Assembly (NCBI GenBank): GCA_002269645.1
Contig: NIVC01004985.1
Coordinates: 1-29,449 of the forward strand
From: Macrostomum lignano
Taxonomy: Eukaryota
Direction of reading: 5' to 3'
Length of the DNA stretch: 29,449 nucleotides
Shown here one piece after another: positions 22,001 to 29,449 of this stretch (position 1 is its first letter; the number at the start of each line of letters is the position of its first letter). Below the pieces are notes generated by a model. It did no database searches. It saw nothing but the letters and a program-made list of their open reading frames with translations, and was not told the origin of the DNA. A program made the translations under genes and the position numbers.

Positions 22001-22763
22001 ATGGCAAAAGCAAAACACAATAAGATATTTCCAAATGATCCTTTTCTTTGTTTAGTAATTGGTGGGTCGGGTAAAGGAAAAACACACTTTGTTTATGACC
22101 TGTTAACAACGGATGGAATGATAGACTATAATAATTTAATAATTTATACTAACAAACCTAGAATAAAATATTATGAATTTCTTAAACATGGATTAAAAAA
22201 CAAATTAAAAAAAGATGTCTTGTTTAGAATGTTAAGAGCATATGAGCAATATGAGGATGATGACGAACCGCGATTTACACTCGATGACATTGAGGATTTA
22301 TGTAAAACAATGGCACAACAACCGGAAAACATCACCGAACGAGCCCCAACCGTTAGAGTATCAACCCGATTACCCTATCATCAAATTCCAAAAAATGATA
22401 AAACACTAATTATTTTTGATGATTGTATTAACGACAGTGATCAAGAATTGCAAAAGGATATTTTTGTTAGTGGTAGAGGGGATGGAATTGGCGCTTTTTA
22501 TCCAACACAGTCCTTTAGAGAATTAGAATCGATTATAAAAAAATGCAAGTTGTTGTGTAATGTTTGATTTAGATAATTATGATTTACAAAATATACACGC
22601 TAGATTTAATCCCGGGTTGGATATAAAACCATTTAAAAGTATGTGTAAAAAAATTTGGGATGACAGCCAATACAAACATATATATATCAACCCTAGGTTA
22701 GAAAGGAAAAATCGAATCTTAAGAGATCTGATAAAAGAAGATAATGAGGAAGAAGAGACTTAG
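22001..22763 (+). CDS. A32/FtsK-like packaging ATPase, one frameshift
   Basis: Walker A GGSGKGKT, Walker B LIIFDD, GRG..FYPTQS. The frame changes in the A7 run at 22537-22543 and continues as NASCCVMFDLDNYDL..YKHIYIN. Confidence 0.9.
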
Positions 22764-22811
22764 TTCGTTCCGAAGGAACGCGACCCTACGGGGCGATTTA
22801 CCACTATAAAA

Positions 22812-23597
22812 ATGGCAACAAATTTAAATACTATAAAACAATTGGTAGATAGAACTAATTCAAAATTTAGTACAACCTTACAGTTTATAATGACAACCAG
22901 TGAGCAACGGATTCAATTGCGCGATCCGTTACAACTCGATCAAAGCCTAAGTTATCAAATAGGTTTGATATTATTTTCGGTTTTTAACATGCCTCAATTA
23001 ATTAATGCAACAAATAATCAATTTAGATATTCTAAAGATTCAGGAGCCAATTGGACAACATTTAGTGTTAGCCCGGGTGCGTATAGCTATACCGATTTGA
23101 ATGCTTATATCGAAGGAGAATTAACAGCTAATGGCGATTGGGTAGCGGGCGCGATTGTTATAGGTGTGGATTTACCGTCTGGAAGATTCACACTATCACT
23201 AGAATCCGGATATCAGGTTGATTTTACAATTGCAAATTCACTCAGAACCATACTTGGATTTAATTCCCGAATAGTTACCACATCAAGCACCGGCGATACA
23301 GTTGGAAATATTGAGGGTGGAGTCAACACAATTAATATAACAACCGACATATCAAACGGCGGTTATATAACAGACGATAACGGAGTTTTGGTTCAACGTG
23401 GAATTATATATTCAATACCATTTCTTGCTGTTCCAATTGGAGAGAAAATGATTGTTTCACCTCAAACCCCAATATATTACCCATTAAATCAATATAGTGT
23501 TCAATCAATTTATATTAGGATTGTAGATGAAAGCGATAGATTAATAAGTTTTGGTGGGCAGTCAATAACAGTGATTTTACGTATAAAACAGGTTTAG
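22812..23597 (+). CDS. Minor capsid protein (penton, single jelly-roll)
   Basis: INATNNQFRY, PGAYSYTDLN, PQTPIYYPL, IRIVDESDRLISFGGQSITVILRI are typical of Polinton PX proteins. Confidence 0.88.
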   Translation: MATNLNTIKQLVDRTNSKFSTTLQFIMTTSEQRIQLRDPLQLDQSLSYQIGLILFSVFNMPQLINATNNQFRYSKDSGANWTTFSVSPGAYSYTDLNAYIEGELTANGDWVAGAIVIGVDLPSGRFTLSLESGYQVDFTIANSLRTILGFNSRIVTTSSTGDTVGNIEGGVNTINITTDISNGGYITDDNGVLVQRGIIYSIPFLAVPIGEKMIVSPQTPIYYPLNQYSVQSIYIRIVDESDRLISFGGQSITVILRIKQV

Positions 23598-23607
23598 TAC
23601 TGTAAAA

Positions 23608-23778
23608 ATGGGTAACAATAGTTTAAAAAAGCAATCATATAAAGTTCAAAATGCAAAAGATAATTATGAAATCGAATTAACAAAATTAAAACAATTACAG
23701 GCAGAAAAAATCCGAAAGGAGCTGTTAAAATCCAAACCTACAAAACTAACTAAAACCAAGAGTTTTTCAGGAACATAA
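23608..23778 (+). CDS. Small basic protein (56 aa) not in the ORF track
   Basis: TAAAAATG start; MGNNSLKKQSYKVQ..FSGT*; exactly fills the penton-protease gap. Confidence 0.6.
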   Translation: MGNNSLKKQSYKVQNAKDNYEIELTKLKQLQAEKIRKELLKSKPTKLTKTKSFSGT

Positions 23779-23779
23779 A

Positions 23780-24220
23780 ATGACCATGACGTGGGATGAT
23801 TTTAAACAAAGATATGGAACAGACACAACAAGCAATATCGAATTAACAAATTGGGCGCGGCAACTAAAGATAAAACCATTCAGATGTGTTATGCGGGATG
23901 AGATAAAAAATTTACCAATATATGGATGTTTCATTGTTAACATCGAAACGACAAAAGAAAATGGTGTTCATTGGTCAGCAATTTATTCAAAACCTAAACT
24001 TGTTTATTTTTTTGATTCATACGCGCTTCCTCCGTTACAGGAAATAAAAGATAAATTTAATCATACTAAAAATCGTTTATGTGGAGATCATCACGAACAA
24101 TTTCAAACTTTTGATAAAAGTTATTGCGGACAAGCGGCGTTGTATTTTTTATATAGGGTCGAAAAGGTAAAACAGGTAACTCCCGAAGTATTTAAGATAA
24201 TTTTAGATTCTATAAAATAG
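23780..24220 (+). CDS. Adenain-like cysteine protease (maturation protease)
   Basis: GVHWSAIY, YFFDSY, QFQ...CGQAALYFL give the His/Asp/Gln/Cys catalytic set. Confidence 0.92.
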   Translation: MTMTWDDFKQRYGTDTTSNIELTNWARQLKIKPFRCVMRDEIKNLPIYGCFIVNIETTKENGVHWSAIYSKPKLVYFFDSYALPPLQEIKDKFNHTKNRLCGDHHEQFQTFDKSYCGQAALYFLYRVEKVKQVTPEVFKIILDSIK

Positions 24221-24229
24221 ACAGTAAAA

Positions 24230-26275
24230 ATGTTATTTTCTGGAACGCCCTCATGGAACGGAACAACAAGTACTGGTGGTGGTACGTCTGGTGGAATAAG
24301 CGTCACATTCGGAGATAACCGATATATTAATGAAGATGAAGGTTATAAAAAAAGTGAAGTTGATACTAAACTAAATTTAAAAAGAAATGTTGCAGATTCC
24401 TATACCAAAACTCAAATAGATGATTCATTAAATTTAAAACGCAATACGGCCGATTCTTATACCAAAACCGAAGTTGACAATGGGTTAAATTTAAAAAGAG
24501 ATATAACTGATTCTTATTCTCGAACTCAAATCGATGATTCATTAAATTTAAAACGCAATACGGCCGATTCTTATACCAAAACTGAAATAGATAATTCATT
24601 AAATTTAAAAAGAGATATTGCTGATTCTTATACCAAAACCGAAGTTGATAATTCCTTAAATTTGAAAAGAGATATAACTGATTCTTATACCAAAACCGAA
24701 GTTGATAATTCCCTAAATTTGAAACGGAATGTTGCCGATTCCTATACCAAAACCGAAGTTGATAATTCATTAAATTTAAAACGGAATGTTGCCGATTCCT
24801 ATACCAAAACGGAGGTTGATAATTTAGTTGGAGGTGGAGCCCCAAAACAAGATCGATTCCAAACGGTTGAAACTGGTCACATACCTACCATGGCAGATTG
24901 GAGTGGAAATGGTTTTGCAATAACCGCAAGCACCGCATTTAATACAACCGATTTTGCAAGCTGGAAAGCGTTTGATGGTGATGATTCAACAGATTGGGCA
25001 ACAAATAATACTCAAACCGATTATTGGATTCAAGTCCAATGCCCTTCCGCAATAATGTGTTATAAAATTGATTTGCGTGGTAGGCCATCGCCATCAACCG
25101 AACACCCAGCATCATGGCGATTTGAGGGGAGTAACGACAATACAAGTTGGGACGTATTAATACCTGCGGATAGTTCTGTAGTAATAAATAACTCAACTCA
25201 AACAATTAATGTCACACAAAATTTTGATAAAACATATTCATATTTCAGATTGTTCTGTCTTACATCAACCTCGGGTTCAACCAACCCCGGCTTGTCAACC
25301 TTCCAGATTTATAGACAGACGTTTACAATTCTTGATTTAAATTTAGGAGTGGTTAATCAATCAATTGATATGGGTAATAATACAATTACTAATATCTCTA
25401 CAATAAACGATAACACTTCTGTTGTTACTAAAGGTTATGTTGATACGCGAGTAACCCAAACGGCGGATGGCCGAATGTCTTTTAACGATAAAATAAAATT
25501 GGATGGAATACCCGCGATTGATGCCGCTTTGTACGAGCCTGTGATTTTCAATTGGACTGGATATCAAAACCCAACCACAGCCGGCGATATTTTTCCAACT
25601 GGAAGTTTTGTTGGTGACGCTACTTATATTGATTATCAAAATGGAGCTAGAATTACTGATGAAGCAAGTGGTCAGTCTGGAGCGTTGCAATTTAATTTCA
25701 CCCATTTTCGTAATATATCCGCCTCCTTCTATTTCCGAGTTATTAATGCCACAGGAAGTGGTGCTGATGCGGTTTGGTTTTATGCATATTGTCACGAACG
25801 TCCAACAAGTGAATTTGGATCCGGGTTAACAACCAACGCCGGCTTGATTGTGTTTGCGAGTGAATGGCATGATAGAGTTGGAGTTGTTTGGAGTAATATA
25901 AAATCAGACGGAGCAACAGTTCGTAATGATGTTCTTAATGATGCTGATCAAACTATAACTTATGCAAATATTGATAACGGCGATTGGCATTTATTTGAAA
26001 TTAATATTTTAAATCAAAGAGTTTGGTATCAAATAAGCACATACAATGTTTCAGCTAAAACATATACGCTAATTGGGCAAAACTTTTTTACATATGATAG
26101 TGGAACTTGGGGAGAGTTAGATAAAACGGGAACTCTTATGGGGTTTGGTGCTAGAACTGGAGGGGCAGATGCTGCACATTTTATTCGTGGCGCTGCCGTT
26201 TGTGGTAGCACATCAGCAGGATCTGATTTTGCTGCGACCGCATATTTGGAACAGCCACAAGCCGAAATAGCCTAA
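24230..26275 (+). CDS. Fiber/receptor-binding protein: repeat shaft, discoidin (F5/8C) domain, L-type lectin-like domain
   Basis: 19-aa YTKTEVD repeats; AFDGD..W..WIQV..SWRFEGSND..W; VVTKGYVD fiber motif; SGADAVWF..WHLFEI..GFGARTG. Confidence 0.8.
   Translation: MLFSGTPSWNGTTSTGGGTSGGISVTFGDNRYINEDEGYKKSEVDTKLNLKRNVADSYTKTQIDDSLNLKRNTADSYTKTEVDNGLNLKRDITDSYSRTQIDDSLNLKRNTADSYTKTEIDNSLNLKRDIADSYTKTEVDNSLNLKRDITDSYTKTEVDNSLNLKRNVADSYTKTEVDNSLNLKRNVADSYTKTEVDNLVGGGAPKQDRFQTVETGHIPTMADWSGNGFAITASTAFNTTDFASWKAFDGDDSTDWATNNTQTDYWIQVQCPSAIMCYKIDLRGRPSPSTEHPASWRFEGSNDNTSWDVLIPADSSVVINNSTQTINVTQNFDKTYSYFRLFCLTSTSGSTNPGLSTFQIYRQTFTILDLNLGVVNQSIDMGNNTITNISTINDNTSVVTKGYVDTRVTQTADGRMSFNDKIKLDGIPAIDAALYEPVIFNWTGYQNPTTAGDIFPTGSFVGDATYIDYQNGARITDEASGQSGALQFNFTHFRNISASFYFRVINATGSGADAVWFYAYCHERPTSEFGSGLTTNAGLIVFASEWHDRVGVVWSNIKSDGATVRNDVLNDADQTITYANIDNGDWHLFEINILNQRVWYQISTYNVSAKTYTLIGQNFFTYDSGTWGELDKTGTLMGFGARTGGADAAHFIRGAAVCGSTSAGSDFAATAYLEQPQAEIA
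24344..24823 (+). repeat. 57-bp coding tandem repeat, 8 full units plus a partial
   Basis: Encodes YTKTEVDNSLNLKRNVADS variants; explains the antisense pseudo-ORF 24366-24845. Confidence 0.95.
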
Positions 26276-26331
26276 GGCTAAAGCCTAAGTCGCGAACCAA
26301 AGGTTCGATAACTTAAATATTTCTATATAAA

Positions 26332-26661
26332 ATGGCTTTTAGTAGAACTCCATCGATGCGACAAAATAACAATGTTATTATTCCTATTCCTAAACAAGAA
26401 TCAAATATAAAAACATACAAATCTCATACCAAATATTTATTTAGCCATGTGAATGTTCAGGATAATAAGAAACTTCAAGAATTAATTAAATTGTTAAAAA
26501 ACCATATCATACTTCAAGAGTTTTGGAAAATAGGATTTAAATGGGAGAAAAAAGAAAGAATCACTCCGATACAATACCTATTGAGCTCCGGACAAATACC
26601 CAAAGAGCGTGGGGAATTCATTTTGGTGCTATTAAAAATAGACGAAAATGTCGGTGTCTGA
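26332..26661 (+). CDS. Hypothetical viral protein (109 aa)
   Basis: TATAAAATG start, codon style of the element. Confidence 0.6.
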   Translation: MAFSRTPSMRQNNNVIIPIPKQESNIKTYKSHTKYLFSHVNVQDNKKLQELIKLLKNHIILQEFWKIGFKWEKKERITPIQYLLSSGQIPKERGEFILVLLKIDENVGV

Positions 26662-26790
26662 GGCAGATAAAAGGGAACGTGACCATTTTAACCAACGTAA
26701 AGGTCACATGTTAAGTAATGTTGATCGTATTAACTATGATTATATTTATATGTTAAAAAAGTAAGAAGGATTTCAAACCATATCAGAAAT

Positions 26791-27299
26791 ATGGATTTTT
26801 TCAATATTGGTTTTGGAAGCTTATCGATGTTATGTGTAATCGTTTTAGGTATTTTACAATCTATTCCAACTCTTAATTTATCTCAATTATTTTTAGGTAT
26901 TTCAATTGGCTCAATATCAGGATTTGAATTAATCAGAAATTTATCAATACTTATGGCAATTAAATTATATCTTAAAAAACGAAAGGATAAATATAAATCA
27001 TTAAGAGATATTGCAAAACAATATAAAAATCAGTTGTATTTATATGTGCAAAAATATTGGATGATGGAGAGATAACAATTCATGAGTTATCAACGGCGGT
27101 TGAATTATATGAAAAATATTTAAAAGATCGAAATAGAATTTTAGATGTTGAAACTTTTACCGATATGGAGTTAAAAGAGTTGAGACTCGATAAACCCAAA
27201 GCTCCGCCGATAGAAACTATTGAATACAAACCAGAAACTATGGCTATGGGGGTACAAAGCCCCCGATCAGGTAGCGCTGTAGAACTTCAAGTTGTTTAA
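26791..27299 (+). CDS. Polinton-type membrane protein split by one frameshift
   Basis: Two hydrophobic segments, then a shift at the A5 run 27050-27054 giving QKILDDGEITIHELSTAVELYEKY, similar to the DGxI..E..KY tail recalled from Polinton membrane proteins. Confidence 0.6.
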
Positions 27300-27779
27300 T
27301 TTTTCTAACGCATACGTTATATATTCTTCCCAAAGTGGTAATTCTCTTGTAATTCTAGGTTTAAATTTTTTATCAATACATAAAAATTCCAATGACTTTT
27401 TCAGTAACATTTCGTTAGGTATGTTACCTATCCTTATAAACTTTGTATTCTCTCGAATAAGAAAATTAAAATAATATCCAACTAAAATTAAAATCCTTTC
27501 GGAGTCTTTCGAACTTAATCCCTTTCCTTTATTTAAATTGAAAAAGTTGTTATATAAATAAACATTATTTCCGGGAATTAAAATTGGATGAGAAATGTCT
27601 CTTGTAAGATTTCTTAATATTGTGTTTTTAAAATAGTAATATGAATTTTCAATCTTTTTTGTTTTTTCAAATTGATATATTTTAGAACATGAATAGCACA
27701 TATGATATATATCTCCGCTTGCTGTTTGAGCTCTATGCATAGTCACGTTACATTTTTTACATTCGTAAATGTCTTTCAT
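27267..27779 (-). CDS. Hypothetical protein with N-terminal Zn ribbon
   Basis: CKKC..CYSC; AAAAAATG start. Confidence 0.65.
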   Translation of the reverse strand: MKDIYECKKCNVTMHRAQTASGDIYHMCYSCSKIYQFEKTKKIENSYYYFKNTILRNLTRDISHPILIPGNNVYLYNNFFNLNKGKGLSSKDSERILILVGYYFNFLIRENTKFIRIGNIPNEMLLKKSLEFLCIDKKFKPRITRELPLWEEYITYALEKLNNLKFYSAT

Positions 27780-27805
27780 TTTTTTGTTATTTTTTTAGAT
27801 TAAAA

Positions 27806-28138
27806 ATGGAAAGTTGGTTGAAAACCGATTCTAATGTGATTAATTATGTCACCCCCAATATGTTGGAGAATAAAGAATATAATATTATATGTTTGAGACA
27901 GGTTAAATTTATTGGACTTCAATCGATATTTTTACAATTGGATTCACATACAGTTCTATGTCTAAGTGGGAATGATGTTAAAAATTTTCCAGTTTTAGTT
28001 ATTAATAAACCTAAAGCGTTCATTATAAAATACAGCACCGAGGGTGGGTTGCAATTTAAAATAAAACAAACAAAAAATAAAAAGAGTGACAGGACTGTAA
28101 AATTAGCTTCCGTTTGGGAGACTGACGAAGATGACTAA
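27806..28138 (+). CDS. Hypothetical viral protein (110 aa)
   Basis: TAAAAATG start; no motif recognised. Confidence 0.55.
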   Translation: MESWLKTDSNVINYVTPNMLENKEYNIICLRQVKFIGLQSIFLQLDSHTVLCLSGNDVKNFPVLVINKPKAFIIKYSTEGGLQFKIKQTKNKKSDRTVKLASVWETDEDD

Positions 28139-28222
28139 ATTTTTTTATAAGAAAATGGAGATACAAATTATCCTTATCACTAAAGAGCGTGAACTTAATT
28201 ATATTAATAAAAAATAAATACT

Positions 28223-28498
28223 ATGTTTTATAGTGATTATGGGGACGATATGTTTCCTATCCGATACGACTTGGATAAAAGAAAGCGTTTTATACAAAAA
28301 GCAATTGATTATGCTGAAACAGTAATTGAAATTGAAATAGATAGATTGGTTAGACGAATAAAAAAACTTAGGAAAAAAATAAAGGAATGTTTAAGTTACC
28401 CTGCCGACTGCGAGGACAATTGGCCTTCAATAATATATGAAATTGAAGTTAATGATATGGTCAAACAATTACATGCTTTGGTTTTTTTCAAGTGCTAA
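28223..28498 (+). CDS. Hypothetical viral protein (91 aa)
   Basis: Clean ORF, helical and charged; no motif recognised. Confidence 0.5.
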   Translation: MFYSDYGDDMFPIRYDLDKRKRFIQKAIDYAETVIEIEIDRLVRRIKKLRKKIKECLSYPADCEDNWPSIIYEIEVNDMVKQLHALVFFKC

Positions 28499-29449
28499 TT
28501 CATCAATATCAAACTCAAAACAATTATAATCAACATCAAATAGTAAACTGTTATAATATGCAATTGAATTTTCGTGTTGTGGTTTGTCATCAAAATAGTT
28601 TTTAAAGAATGGTTTCATAACTCCGTTTTTATCCGGTTTTTCTCTTTTAAATGTGTTTATCGTAGAGGTATATGTTTTTGATATTGTTGATCCACTTTGG
28701 GAGATTATTATGCCTCCTTCAAACGATCGTTTCCATGGGGCATTATTATTTACTTTTATTGACTGCCCATCATATAACGTTTTAAACGATGCAAAATTAA
28801 TCTTATCATTTGCACATCCTTTAAATGTTTTTTTCTCTTCCATAATAAAATCGTCTTTCAATAAAAGACAATATTTAATTTTAGGAGCGATAAAATAACC
28901 GAATATAATTCCACCCTCTCCATAATCATTTTTTCCTTGACTTAAATTATTTCCAACATGCCCGTTTTTATTTAATGTGTCCCAATTTTTTTATGTATAT
29001 ATAACGAATCTGTATCGCCGTAATAAATTTCTGGAGTCTTTGAGCCGTCTATAGAGGTGATAAATATTATTCATGATCCTTCTTGAATGAGCTAAGATAA
29101 ATATTCCTAATTGTGCTGGACAAAGGCTTGTTATAGGACAATCCTCTTCCTCATCTACATATTCTTGCGTGTCTTTATTTTTTTCAACATAATATAAATC
29201 GTCACATATTTTCTCATATGATTTGATTGTGTCATCGTATTCTGTTTTTAATGTTTGCAAATTCCAGAGATGTGTTGTGAAAGTAATGTCTCTTTGAACT
29301 GTTTTGCCATAATGAATTTAATAGTGTTTTTACCAATTCAGAACCTGCCTCGTTATTTTCTTTTTTAAATACTTTTCTCCTTTCAAAAAGGCTTGTAATA
29401 TAATTCTGAAACGGAGAGAAATCGTAATTTTTTTCATATACAATTCCAC
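28469..29449 (-). pseudogene. Protein-primed family B DNA polymerase, 3' part, frameshifted
   Basis: KTLLNSL[Y]GKTVQRDI (2-nt loss ~29310), PAQLGIFILAHSRRIMN, YYGDTDSLYIHK (DTDS at 29016-29005, out of frame), GKNDYG, FIAPKIKY, KTFKG; three indels. Confidence 0.93.

Larger units (their letters stand above)
16685..29449. mobile_element. Endogenous Polinton/Maverick (adintovirus-like) dsDNA virus, left part; continues beyond the window
   Basis: Starts with AGTAGT at an abrupt shift to AT-rich, gene-dense sequence that is otherwise intronless. Encodes RVE integrase, DJR capsid, penton, ATPase, adenain and pPolB. Candidate 6-bp TSD is GAGTCC (16679-16684); the other end is not visible. Confidence 0.95.

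Noticed and set aside
24344-24845. CRISPR-like array or antisense 159-aa ORF
   Set aside because: The units are contiguous in-frame 57-bp coding repeats with no unique spacers.

Overview
Animal (invertebrate-like) nuclear DNA in two parts. Bases ~1-16.7 kb are host sequence: a long (ATCT)n microsatellite, a Crypton-type tyrosine-recombinase gene plus an internally deleted relative, an intronless C-type lectin gene, and a tandem minus-strand cluster of three Cys-loop (nAChR-like) channel genes (one intact, two damaged). From 16685 (5'-AGTAGT) to the window end is an AT-rich endogenous Polinton/Maverick (adintovirus-like) element. It encodes a PLA2-integrase, HNH nuclease, major and minor capsid proteins, packaging ATPase, adenain protease, a fiber-like protein and a frameshifted protein-primed PolB that runs off the window. 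The standout is a complete 299-nt group I ribozyme intron (IC1-like, minus strand, 18738-19036) inserted in the GPG calcium loop of the viral phospholipase A2 domain. Removing it restores NFAG|PGT and a 435-aa PLA2-integrase ORF. A free-standing HNH endonuclease gene ends about 106 nt from the insertion site, suggesting a collaborative intron/endonuclease homing unit inside an animal virus. All calls come from reading motifs and base pairing by eye; no searches were run, and novelty relative to the literature is unverified.
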